From the IMG/VR virus record IMGVR_UViG_3300045988_010208: a stretch of DNA of 64,000 bases, one strand, 5' to 3'. Numbering within the stretch: the stretch's first letter is position 1; every line of letters begins with the position of its first letter. The stretch comes from a virus. Taxonomy: Duplodnaviria > Heunggongvirae > Uroviricota > Caudoviricetes. The notes below the pieces were generated by a model. It saw only the letters and a list, made by a program, of their open reading frames with translations, was not told the origin of the DNA and made no database searches. Below are positions 14,317 to 31,224 of this stretch, one piece after another. The translations under genes were made by a program, and so were the position numbers.

Positions 14317-14648
14317 TGGGAACATTAACTATTGATGGTAAGAATAAAATCCTCGCCACGCTAACCCCAACGACTATTATTTTACACAATGTAGACCCAA
14401 CGGCAGACCCTACAGCAAATAAGGTTACTCAGCCAGTGGCTATTTATTTTTCTGAACCGGATAATGGCTTAATTGCCTCAGAAGACACAGTTAACATTAC
14501 TGTCCCAGCTTCTGCAACGGTCTCACACTATAGCTTGTGGGATGCTAACGATAAATGCGTGGCAACTGGTGCTCTTAGCAAACCTCAATTCTTTGCTGAA
14601 GAAGGTATCTATGTTATCTCTTCAGTCTCTGTAGATTTAAACAAATAG
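14316..14648 (+). CDS. Hypothetical head-module protein
   Basis: 110-aa ORF, overlapping start/stop with neighbour. Confidence 0.45.
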   Translation: MGTLTIDGKNKILATLTPTTIILHNVDPTADPTANKVTQPVAIYFSEPDNGLIASEDTVNITVPASATVSHYSLWDANDKCVATGALSKPQFFAEEGIYVISSVSVDLNK

Positions 14649-14659
14649 GGTGAGTAAAA

Positions 14660-16006
14660 ATGAGTTCGAATATCTTCAGACTTGCTGATAGATTATTCAA
14701 CCAACCTTTACTAGCCACTGAATCATTAGCTCACTCAGCAGCAACTTATGTGAATAACAGATTGCTGGGTGATGTCCAAGCAGCAGTAAACTTTGATAAA
14801 CCCAAAGGTGAAGCAAGAAGTCTTTTAAAAGTAAAAGATGACATTGCTATTATTCCTATTATGGGTGGTTTAACCCATCGTATGACATTCATTGATGCAA
14901 TGTGTACAGGTGGATTAAGCTCTTATGAAGGTTTGCGTAGAGGCTTTGACGAAGCTTTAGCAGATGAGTCAATCAAGACTATTGTTCTGCACATTGATTC
15001 TGGTGGTGGTGAAGCTTCAGGTTGCTTTGAATTAGCACGTCACATTATGGCTTCAAGAGGCCAAAAGAAAATTATTGCTTATGTAGATGAGTTCGCTTGT
15101 TCCGCTGCATACGCTCTTGCATCTTCTGCTGAAGAAATTATTGCATCACCAGATGCAGATGTTGGTTCTATTGGTGTAATTATGGTTCATCAGGAATTAA
15201 CTAAAGCATTTGAAAAGAATGGCGTGACAATTAACGTCATCAAAGCTGGTGAGTTTAAAGGTATGGGTTCACCATTCCAAGCACTTTCAGAAGAAAGCAA
15301 AGAAAGACTTCAAAAGAGAATTAATGATACCTACGCAACCTTTACAGGTTTTGTAGCCGAATCTCGTAATCTCTCTGAAGAAGCTGTAAAGAATACTGAG
15401 GCGAATGTTTATTCTGCTCAGGAAGCTCTTGAACTTGGTTTAATTAACTCAATCATGTCTCAAGATGATTTCTTAAATTACTTACAAGGTTCTGAAGAGG
15501 CTCCTGTAAGTTTAAACGTTAACAATTCAGGTGAAGAAATGACTGAACAAGAAAAGCAAGAACTAGAAGCTTTGCGTCTTCAGGTTGCTCAAATGAAAGC
15601 TAAAGAACAGGAAGCTGCTTTGTCAGATTTGACTAATAAGATTTCTGCTTCTGCTGAAGCTTTTGGATTTGATGCAAAAGAAGCTGCAACGACTATTTTA
15701 GGTGCTGGTCTTGATAACCCTCTGAGTGTTCTGTTTATGAATGCTATGGAAGGTGCTAACCAGAAACTTAATGAAACTATCGCGTCCCACGCTTCTGCAA
15801 TGGAAGAAAAAGAATCAGAAATTACCAAGCTGAAAGAAACTGCTGGTGCTGTTCTTGAACATTCCAACGCTATGGAAGAAGTGGGTAATGACGGCGAAGC
15901 TGATTTGGTTGAAGAAGAAAAAGAACCAGCTAAAAATGCTTCCGAAGACACCGCTGAACAACGCAAACTGGCTCTCCAGAATGCTCTAAAATCTCTTATC
16001 AAATAA
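14660..16006 (+). CDS. Prohead protease (S49/ClpP-like) fused to C-terminal scaffold-like coiled coil
   Basis: N-terminal half has S49/SppA-like motifs (HIDSGGGEASG ... AYVDEFACSAAYALAS); C-terminal 150 aa is an acidic Ala/Glu-rich coiled coil. Confidence 0.75.
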   Translation: MSSNIFRLADRLFNQPLLATESLAHSAATYVNNRLLGDVQAAVNFDKPKGEARSLLKVKDDIAIIPIMGGLTHRMTFIDAMCTGGLSSYEGLRRGFDEALADESIKTIVLHIDSGGGEASGCFELARHIMASRGQKKIIAYVDEFACSAAYALASSAEEIIASPDADVGSIGVIMVHQELTKAFEKNGVTINVIKAGEFKGMGSPFQALSEESKERLQKRINDTYATFTGFVAESRNLSEEAVKNTEANVYSAQEALELGLINSIMSQDDFLNYLQGSEEAPVSLNVNNSGEEMTEQEKQELEALRLQVAQMKAKEQEAALSDLTNKISASAEAFGFDAKEAATTILGAGLDNPLSVLFMNAMEGANQKLNETIASHASAMEEKESEITKLKETAGAVLEHSNAMEEVGNDGEADLVEEEKEPAKNASEDTAEQRKLALQNALKSLIK

Positions 16007-16017
16007 GGAACACAATA

Positions 16018-16395
16018 ATGGCATATCAAGGTTTTACTAAGTTAGGTAACAGAGAACCTCTGAATGATATCATTCTTTGGGAACAGATTACCCCAACAGG
16101 CCACTCTCGTAAAGAGTACACTCCACAGGCATCTACAGAGTATCGTGTAGGTGAAGTTCTGAAAGCAGATGGTACTAAGGTACAAGCTGGAGAAGAAGCA
16201 CAAGCAGATTCTGTATGTATCGTTAATTTCTACGCAGACCTGCAACTGTCTTATCATGGTCAGTTGAAAGTAGTAGGTATCCACCGTGATGCAGAACTGA
16301 AAGACCTGCTAACTCTTGAATCAAGCGTTGATGCTACTGAAGTCAAGAAAGCTCTGGCTGCTAAAGGTATTGATTTCGTACCAACTGGCCTGTAA
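16018..16395 (+). CDS. Hypothetical protein (head decoration candidate)
   Basis: 125-aa ORF between protease and major capsid genes, high-expression codon usage. Confidence 0.4.
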   Translation: MAYQGFTKLGNREPLNDIILWEQITPTGHSRKEYTPQASTEYRVGEVLKADGTKVQAGEEAQADSVCIVNFYADLQLSYHGQLKVVGIHRDAELKDLLTLESSVDATEVKKALAAKGIDFVPTGL

Positions 16396-16428
16396 TAACA
16401 ATAATAAGACATTCTGGAGAATTTTACA

Positions 16429-17535
16429 ATGTTGACTAATTCTGAAAAAAGCAGATTTTTCCTTGCTGACCTGACTGGTGAAGTCCAGTCTATCCCAAAT
16501 ACTTATGGGTATATTTCCAACTTAGGTCTGTTCCGTTCAGCACCAATCACCCAAACTACTTTCCTTATGGACTTGACTGATTGGGATGTTAGCTTGCTTG
16601 ATGCGGTAGACCGTGATAGCCGTAAAGCAGAGACTAGCGCACCTGAGCGTGTTCGTCAAATCAGCTTCCCAATGATGTACTTCAAAGAAGTTGAAAGCAT
16701 TACTCCTGATGAGATTCAGGGTGTACGTCAGCCAGGCACTGCAAACGAACTGACTACTGAAGCTGTAGTACGTGCTAAGAAGCTGATGAAGATTCGTACC
16801 AAGTTCGATATTACTCGTGAGTTCCTGTTTATGCAAGCTCTGAAGGGTAAAGTTGTTGACGCTCGTGGTACTCTGTACGCTGACCTGTACAAGCAGTTCG
16901 ACGTTGAGAAGAAGACTGTTTACTTCGACCTTGACAACCCTAATGCTGACATCGACGCTTCTATTGAAGAACTGCGTATGCACATGGAAGACGAAGCTAA
17001 GACTGGCACTGTAATCAACGGTGAAGAAATTCACGTAGTTGTTGACCGTGTATTCTTCAGCAAACTGGTTAAGCATCCTAAGATTCGTGACGCTTATCTT
17101 GCACAGCAGACTCCACTGGCTTGGCAACAGATTACTGGTTCTCTGAGAACTGGTGGTACTGACGGCGTTCAGGCTCATATGAACACCTTCTACTACGGTG
17201 GTGTTAAGTTTGTCCAGTACAACGGTAAGTTCAAAGACAAGCGTGGTAAGGTTCACACTCTGGTGAGCATTGATAGTGTAGCAGCAACTGTTGGTGTTGG
17301 TCATGCCTTCCCTAACGTATCTATGCTGGGCGAAGCTAACAACATCTTCGAAGTGGCATATGGCCCATGTCCTAAGATGGGTTATGCAAATACACTTGGT
17401 CAGGAACTGTACGTATTCGAATACGAAAAAGACCGTGACGAAGGTATTGACTTCGAAGCTCACTCTTACATGCTGCCATACTGCACTCGTCCTCAGTTGC
17501 TGGTAGATGTTCGCGCTGACGCTAAAGGTGGCTAA
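16429..17535 (+). CDS. Major capsid protein (HK97-fold type, putative)
   Basis: 368-aa ORF after protease/scaffold, strong RBS GGAGA, marked bias toward CTG/CGT/GGT codons. Confidence 0.7.
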   Translation: MLTNSEKSRFFLADLTGEVQSIPNTYGYISNLGLFRSAPITQTTFLMDLTDWDVSLLDAVDRDSRKAETSAPERVRQISFPMMYFKEVESITPDEIQGVRQPGTANELTTEAVVRAKKLMKIRTKFDITREFLFMQALKGKVVDARGTLYADLYKQFDVEKKTVYFDLDNPNADIDASIEELRMHMEDEAKTGTVINGEEIHVVVDRVFFSKLVKHPKIRDAYLAQQTPLAWQQITGSLRTGGTDGVQAHMNTFYYGGVKFVQYNGKFKDKRGKVHTLVSIDSVAATVGVGHAFPNVSMLGEANNIFEVAYGPCPKMGYANTLGQELYVFEYEKDRDEGIDFEAHSYMLPYCTRPQLLVDVRADAKGG

Positions 17536-17555
17536 TAAACTTAGGAGGGTTATGA

Positions 17556-18005
17556 ATGTGTTATACAGGCGACCCAGCCAATAACCCTCTTGATAGAGTA
17601 AGAATCCTCTGCACAGACACTAATAATGATGAAATTCTTATTGAGCAGTCTGTGCTAGAGTGGTTCTATCTAGAATCTGGAAAGGATGAAAAGAAAGCAG
17701 CCATCAAAGCTCTTAAATATTTACTCTTTCAAGTAGCCAAGATGGGAGATGAGAAGGTTGGTGGTGTTTATTTACGTAACTCTTCCAGATTCAAATCTCT
17801 GAAAGCTGTTTATGATGACCTTGTTAAAAGCTCTGTTTCAGGACTACCCTATGCAGGTGGTATTAATCAGTGTGATATTGACATGCGTCGTCAGAATCCT
17901 TGCTCTGTCAAGAAATACACAGAATATGGTGATGCTGCCAGATACGAAGGCAGAGATTACTGCAACCGTGTTAATGGCGTATTTATTATCGAGCGAGATG
18001 AATAA
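17556..18005 (+). CDS. Head completion / head-tail connector protein (putative)
   Basis: 149-aa ORF directly after capsid gene. Confidence 0.4.
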   Translation: MCYTGDPANNPLDRVRILCTDTNNDEILIEQSVLEWFYLESGKDEKKAAIKALKYLLFQVAKMGDEKVGGVYLRNSSRFKSLKAVYDDLVKSSVSGLPYAGGINQCDIDMRRQNPCSVKKYTEYGDAARYEGRDYCNRVNGVFIIERDE

Positions 18006-18487
18006 TGGTTAAAAGGGTTATTCACCCCGCTAGAGCAAAATTAGTCGGGGCTATGAAGAACTTGCAAACGGCTAATGCTCAAGTTGGGTATTTTCAAGAA
18101 CAAGGTCAACATAGCTCTGGTTTTTCTTATCCTGCTTTAATGTATTTACAAGAAGTTATTGGGGTTCCTTCAGCTTCTGGTAAAGTATATCGTAGGTTGT
18201 TTGAAATCACTATGATGCTAAACAAACAGACCTTGTTAGAGCAGACTAAGAAGAATCTATATAAGCAACTTAGCAGTCTCAACACAGACCCTTCAAATAC
18301 CTTAGAAGCATTTGCAAAGAATGCTCAAAAGGCAATTAAAAGAGGTTTTGGTAACTCTGCTATACTCCCTCCTAACGCACCTTCCACAGTCAAGAAAAAA
18401 GGCTTTAACGCACCTCTTGTTGAGACAGGTGACTTAAGAGATAACCTTGCTTATAAAATTTCTACTAAGAAGGGTATTAAGAAATGA
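18005..18487 (+). CDS. Head-tail joining protein (putative)
   Basis: 160-aa ORF with ATGA overlap; positional assignment. Confidence 0.4.
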   Translation: MVKRVIHPARAKLVGAMKNLQTANAQVGYFQEQGQHSSGFSYPALMYLQEVIGVPSASGKVYRRLFEITMMLNKQTLLEQTKKNLYKQLSSLNTDPSNTLEAFAKNAQKAIKRGFGNSAILPPNAPSTVKKKGFNAPLVETGDLRDNLAYKISTKKGIKK

Positions 18488-18885
18488 GACTCTTAAACAG
18501 ACACAGCTTTGTAGTAAAGCGTAAAGTCTCTGAAGACGGTTATTATAATGATGATGGTGATTGGGTAGCTTCACAAGATATTGTAGAGGTTAACTGCAAA
18601 GGTAATATCCAGCCATATATCAAAGGTTCTGTAAAGAATGGTACACAGATTGCTTTACCGGAAGGTATCAGACTTACCGATACAAGAATCCTGTATACTA
18701 CCTATAAACTTAGAACTTCAGATGATGTAGAGTGGAATGAGTCTGATATTGTTATGATTGACGGTCATGAGTATGAAGTATTTATGACTATGGATTGGTT
18801 ACAGCAATTAGCCCATACGTCCCATTATGAATATATCATTATTAGAAGGGATAAAATGAATGCAGTTAGAAACAGCAGAACTTGA
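18484..18885 (+). CDS. Tail completion / neck protein (putative)
   Basis: 133-aa ORF, overlapping start; positional assignment. Confidence 0.4.
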   Translation: MRLLNRHSFVVKRKVSEDGYYNDDGDWVASQDIVEVNCKGNIQPYIKGSVKNGTQIALPEGIRLTDTRILYTTYKLRTSDDVEWNESDIVMIDGHEYEVFMTMDWLQQLAHTSHYEYIIIRRDKMNAVRNSRT

Positions 18886-19459
18886 AAAAGGTCTAGTTAG
18901 AACCTTAGTGGATGTTATTGGTCACAGATTAGCTCGTGATAAAAATAATAGGCCAAACGTAATTAGAGCTTACCCTTCTGATAACTCAAATGACAAAGGT
19001 TTAAAACCTGACCAGCCATTTATTACCGTATATTGTCAAGATGCTGCAACACCTTATGGTTGGGTTCTTGATAAGTTTGTTGAGGATGATGTAGTTTGCT
19101 ACAGAATTGCTTTTCAGATTCCTGTATTGATTACGGTGAATGGTAAAGGTGCTCACAGTATTATGCTTGAGCTTAAACAACGATTAGAGATGAGTTCAGT
19201 CAGGGATTTAATCCTTGAAGAAACAGGAGCTACAGTACTGGACACTGGAGCTATCCCGAATGACTATACTTATCTCAATACAGATTTCGAAAATTCTGCG
19301 CCTCTTGTTGTAACTCTTGTAAAAAACTCAGTCCTGAAAGATGAACGTGGAAGTATTATTGAGCGTGTCATTGTTGATGGTGAGTTGGTTTATGAAGAAG
19401 GACAAGAGCCACCAGAATATACTATCCATCTAGATGTAGACTCCAAAGGGGTAAAATAA
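18860..19459 (+). CDS. Tail terminator / neck protein (putative)
   Basis: 199-aa ORF immediately upstream of sheath gene. Confidence 0.4.
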   Translation: MQLETAELEKGLVRTLVDVIGHRLARDKNNRPNVIRAYPSDNSNDKGLKPDQPFITVYCQDAATPYGWVLDKFVEDDVVCYRIAFQIPVLITVNGKGAHSIMLELKQRLEMSSVRDLILEETGATVLDTGAIPNDYTYLNTDFENSAPLVVTLVKNSVLKDERGSIIERVIVDGELVYEEGQEPPEYTIHLDVDSKGVK

Positions 19460-20812
19460 ATGTGGAATCCAATTGTTAATGTAGATATTACATTGAACAC
19501 CGCAGGAACTACAAGAGAAGGTTTTGGTTTGCCACTATTCTTAGCTTCAACAGATAACTTTGAAGAAAGAGTGCGTGGTTACACTTCCTTAACTGAAGTT
19601 GCTGAAGATTTCGATGAGAATACTGCTGCATATAAGGCTGCTAAACAACTTTGGAGTCAGACTCCTAAAGTAACTCAGCTTTATATCGGTAGACGCGCTA
19701 TGCAGTACACTGTATCAATTCCTGATGCCGTTACCGAAAGTACAGACTACTCAATTACTGTAGCTGCTGGCGGTGGAATTTCTCAACCATTCCAGTATAC
19801 AGCACAAAGCTCAGACACTGCTGAGACAGTGTTGCAACAGTTTAAAACACAGATTGAAGCTGACCCAACAATCAAAGACAAGGTTTCTGTGAATGTAACT
19901 GGTAGTGCTGGTTCTGCCACAATGATTATTACCAAAGCTGGTGATAATGACTTTGTGAAAGTAACAACCACAGCACAGACTGTATATATTGCAAGTACAA
20001 CTGCCGATACAGCAGCAACTGCTCTGGCAGCTATCGAAGCTTATTCTACCGACTGGTATTTCATTGCAGCAGAAGACAGAACCCAACAGTTTGTCTTAGC
20101 AATGGCTTCTGAGATTCAGGCTCGCAAGAAAATCTTCTTTACAGCTAACTCTGATGTAACAGCTCTACAAGGGACAGAATTAGCCAGTGCAAATGATGTT
20201 CCAGCACAGCTTGCTAAGAATATGTACACTCGTACAGTTTGCTTGTGGCATCACGCAGCAGCAGAAGATTACCCAGAGATGGCATACATTGCTTATGGTG
20301 CTCCATATGATGCAGGTTCAATTGCTTGGGGTAATGCTCAGCTAACTGGTGTAGCAGCTTCTCTACAACCATCTAATCAGAGACCTCTGACAAGTATTCA
20401 GAAGTCTGCTTTAGATGCACGTCACTGTAACTTTATTGACCTTGATGGTGGTGTTCCAGTGGTTCGTAGAGGGATTACTTCTGGTGGGGAATGGATTGAT
20501 ATCGTCCGTGGTGTTGACTGGTTAGAATCAGACCTGAAAACTTCTCTGAGAGACTTGCTAATTAATCAGAAGGGTGGTAAGATTACTTATGATGATACTG
20601 GTATTACCCGTATTCGTCAAGTCATTGAAACCTCTCTGCAAAGAGCAGTCAACAGAAACTTCCTGTCATCTTACACAGTTAATGTTCCTAAAGCCTCTCA
20701 AGTTGCTTTAGCAGACAAGAAAGCTCGTATCCTGAAAGACGTTACCTTCGCAGGTATCTTAGCAGGGGCTATCTTGGATGTTGACTTGAAAGGTACAGTG
20801 GCTTACGAATAA
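19460..20812 (+). CDS. Tail sheath protein (putative)
   Basis: 450-aa ORF followed by a ~150-aa tube-like gene and a strong terminator; assignment from canonical sheath-tube-chaperone-TMP order. Confidence 0.6.
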   Translation: MWNPIVNVDITLNTAGTTREGFGLPLFLASTDNFEERVRGYTSLTEVAEDFDENTAAYKAAKQLWSQTPKVTQLYIGRRAMQYTVSIPDAVTESTDYSITVAAGGGISQPFQYTAQSSDTAETVLQQFKTQIEADPTIKDKVSVNVTGSAGSATMIITKAGDNDFVKVTTTAQTVYIASTTADTAATALAAIEAYSTDWYFIAAEDRTQQFVLAMASEIQARKKIFFTANSDVTALQGTELASANDVPAQLAKNMYTRTVCLWHHAAAEDYPEMAYIAYGAPYDAGSIAWGNAQLTGVAASLQPSNQRPLTSIQKSALDARHCNFIDLDGGVPVVRRGITSGGEWIDIVRGVDWLESDLKTSLRDLLINQKGGKITYDDTGITRIRQVIETSLQRAVNRNFLSSYTVNVPKASQVALADKKARILKDVTFAGILAGAILDVDLKGTVAYE

Positions 20813-20827
20813 TAGAGGTAAATTGGA

Positions 20828-21274
20828 ATGGCTATGTATCAGCAATATTCCCCTAAAGACGTTGTATGTAGCTGGAATGGTATTGCCATTGAAGGCTTTG
20901 CCCCAGACTCATTCTTGCGTCTACAGAGAACATCACCACTCGTGACACCAGTTGTTGGTGCAGGTGGTCAGGTTGCTCTGACACGAAATGCAGACAAGAC
21001 AGGTACTATTGAGATTGAGTTAATGCAGACTTCTCTCTCTAACCAGATGCTTTCTGCAATTCAAGCTAAACAAGACAATATGGAACTTGAAGAAGATATC
21101 TCTTCTAACTTCGTAATCTACGACCCATCAGGCTCTGTTCTGGCAACTGGTATTAACGCTTGGTTGCAGGAGTTACCACAGATTGAACTTGGTCGTGACC
21201 AGAACTCTAAAACTTGGATTTTTGGTTGTGAGAAGTTAGACTACACTTCTACAATTCCAGCGTCAAGTGTTTAA
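20828..21274 (+). CDS. Tail tube protein (putative)
   Basis: 148-aa ORF after sheath gene, followed by hairpin terminator. Confidence 0.6.
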   Translation: MAMYQQYSPKDVVCSWNGIAIEGFAPDSFLRLQRTSPLVTPVVGAGGQVALTRNADKTGTIEIELMQTSLSNQMLSAIQAKQDNMELEEDISSNFVIYDPSGSVLATGINAWLQELPQIELGRDQNSKTWIFGCEKLDYTSTIPASSV

Positions 21275-21285
21275 TAAATCCTATA

Positions 21286-21318
21286 AGGGGGAGACTTTAA
21301 AAGGTCTTCCCCTTTTTT
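21286..21318 (+). terminator. Rho-independent terminator after tube gene
   Basis: GGGGGAGAC-TTTAAAA-GGTCTTCCCC followed by TTTTTTG. Confidence 0.6.
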
Positions 21319-21347
21319 GTTTCTTTTAAAAGTATTAAGGAATCACA

Positions 21348-21746
21348 ATGAAAACAGAATTTAGAGTAATTAATGGTAAGAAAGTAAATATCGTTCTGCT
21401 TGGGGCAAGAGATGGTATTAAGATGTCTATGAAGTTGGGTAAAATTGTTGTTCCAACCTTTGCACAGATGCTATCAAGTCTGACTGACAAGGGTAAGAAA
21501 GAAGCTCCAATGGTTCCATTTAAAGAGCTTGTTGAAGCTTGTTTTGACAGAATTGAAGAAATTAACCTTGAAGAAATGGCAACTCTGTTATTTCAAGGGG
21601 CAACTGTTGACGACTTCCCACTTAATATTGATACGTACTTCCAAGCAAACTACGGTGAATTTATTGATTACTTAGCATTTGCGCTGGAGGCAAACTTCGG
21701 AAGTTTTTTCGAAGCAAGCATTTTCAAAAGCCTAACTTCTCAGTAA
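21348..21746 (+). CDS. Tail assembly chaperone (G-like), upstream frame
   Basis: 132-aa ORF between tube and tape measure genes; contains slippery heptamer near its 3' end. Confidence 0.55.
   Translation: MKTEFRVINGKKVNIVLLGARDGIKMSMKLGKIVVPTFAQMLSSLTDKGKKEAPMVPFKELVEACFDRIEEINLEEMATLLFQGATVDDFPLNIDTYFQANYGEFIDYLAFALEANFGSFFEASIFKSLTSQ
21704..21710 (+). other. Putative programmed -1 ribosomal frameshift site T_TTT_TTC
   Basis: X_XXY_YYZ heptamer in the 0 frame of 21348..21746; the -1 frame is open from here to 21988. Confidence 0.5.
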
Positions 21747-21987
21747 ACATGGGTAACACTCTACAGACACCACTAACTGATGCTGCTGTAGAGGCAACCT
21801 ATGAAGAAGCAGACGAGATGAAATTTGTGCTTGCTATTTATGGTATGGAAGGGTGTAAAGAAACACTTGACCAACTCTTTGCTATGACATTCTCTGATTT
21901 ATTATCATTGAGACAATTTCTTGAGATTCAGAGGTCGTATAAAGAGGAAATTGCTTACAACGAACTTAGAAGAGCAGGAAAAATGTA

Positions 21988-21988
<1 letters not shown>
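21710..21988 (+). CDS. Tail assembly chaperone -1 frame extension (GT-like product with 21348..21709)
   Basis: -1 frame open from slippery site to stop at 21986-21988 (includes track ORF 21749..21988); stop overlaps tape measure ATG. Confidence 0.45.
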
Positions 21989-30004
<8,016 letters not shown>

Positions 30005-30006
30005 TA

Positions 30007-31173
30007 ATGGCAGTAGGTGAAATTCAAATTAGTGCCTTGCCTCAAGCAGCCTTACCAATTGACCTTAGTGATATCTTCCATCTTAAGCAGGGTATTGAGG
30101 ATAAGAGATGCACTCTTGAGCAATTACTTGCTCCACACTCAAGCCTAAGAAATAACCCTCACGGTGTTACTAAAACACAAATTGGTTTAGATAACGTTAT
30201 CAATGCTCTTCAGTTAGTTGCTGCAAATAACTTATCAGATGTTACTAATGTCACTGAGGCAAGGGCAAATCTACAGATTATGTCTTCAGAAGAGGTTAAT
30301 AGCCTTGTCCAACAGCATATTAATGATAAGAGTAATCCACACAATACAACTAAAGCACAGGTTGGTTTAAGTAATGTTCAGAACTGGACAACATCCAACC
30401 TTTATAATGAAGATGCAGATAAGTACGCTACAGCAAGAGCAGTAAATAACTTGTACAAGGCTGTTCAGGCTTCTTATCCAGTAGGTACTATCCATCTCTC
30501 TATGAATCCTGCAAACCCTTCTACATATTTAATTTGTGGAGGTACTTGGGAGTTAGTTTCAAGAGGAAGAGCACTTGTAGGTTATGATAGTGCTTCTAGG
30601 CCAGTTGGTAGTAACTTTGGCTCAAGTAGTATTAGTTTATCTAGTAACAACCTACCATCACATAGCCATTCAATCTATCTAACTGGTGGTGGGCATACTC
30701 ATGGTGCTACTATTACTATTGATGGCTTTGATTACGGCAATAAGAGCACAAACAGTTTCGATTATGGAACAAAGACCACTAATAGCACTGGTGCTCACAC
30801 CCACTCAGTGAGTGGTTCAACAAATACCACAGGTAATCACACACATACTGTAGGTGGTCGTTACGGAGGTGACTCTATTGGTGGTAAACAACGTGTTCAG
30901 GTCTCAGGGACTGCTCAGGTTTCCAGTGTAGCTGGTGACCACTCACACACTATTAGCGGTTCAACAAATACCACAGGCAATCACCAACACACTGTTGCAA
31001 TTGGTGCTCACACGCATACTGTTGCAATTGGTGCTCATACCCATAAAGGCACAGTAACTTTGCAGTCATCTGAGCATACTCACTCAGGTACTACAGGCAC
31101 TACAGGTGCTGGTCAAGCATTTAGCGTTGAACAACCATCCTTTGTGGTTTATGTATGGCAAAGAACCGCTTAA
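30007..31173 (+). CDS. Tail fibre protein with collar-like domain and His-box repeats
   Basis: 388 aa; collar-like segment (YPVGTIHLS...LPSHSHS) and repeated HxH motifs (GAHTHSVSG, GNHTHTVGG, GDHSHTISG, GAHTHTVAIGAHTHK). Confidence 0.7.
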   Translation: MAVGEIQISALPQAALPIDLSDIFHLKQGIEDKRCTLEQLLAPHSSLRNNPHGVTKTQIGLDNVINALQLVAANNLSDVTNVTEARANLQIMSSEEVNSLVQQHINDKSNPHNTTKAQVGLSNVQNWTTSNLYNEDADKYATARAVNNLYKAVQASYPVGTIHLSMNPANPSTYLICGGTWELVSRGRALVGYDSASRPVGSNFGSSSISLSSNNLPSHSHSIYLTGGGHTHGATITIDGFDYGNKSTNSFDYGTKTTNSTGAHTHSVSGSTNTTGNHTHTVGGRYGGDSIGGKQRVQVSGTAQVSSVAGDHSHTISGSTNTTGNHQHTVAIGAHTHTVAIGAHTHKGTVTLQSSEHTHSGTTGTTGAGQAFSVEQPSFVVYVWQRTA

Positions 31174-31224
31174 AAAATTCTTTTACAGGGGGCTGTATAG
31201 CCCTCTTTCTAGAGGACAAAAATA

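Noticed and set aside
16537-17463. 308-aa antisense ORF inside the major capsid gene
   Set aside because: Fully embedded opposite a strongly codon-biased gene, with no RBS and no operon context; antisense ORFs of this kind are common artefacts of biased composition.
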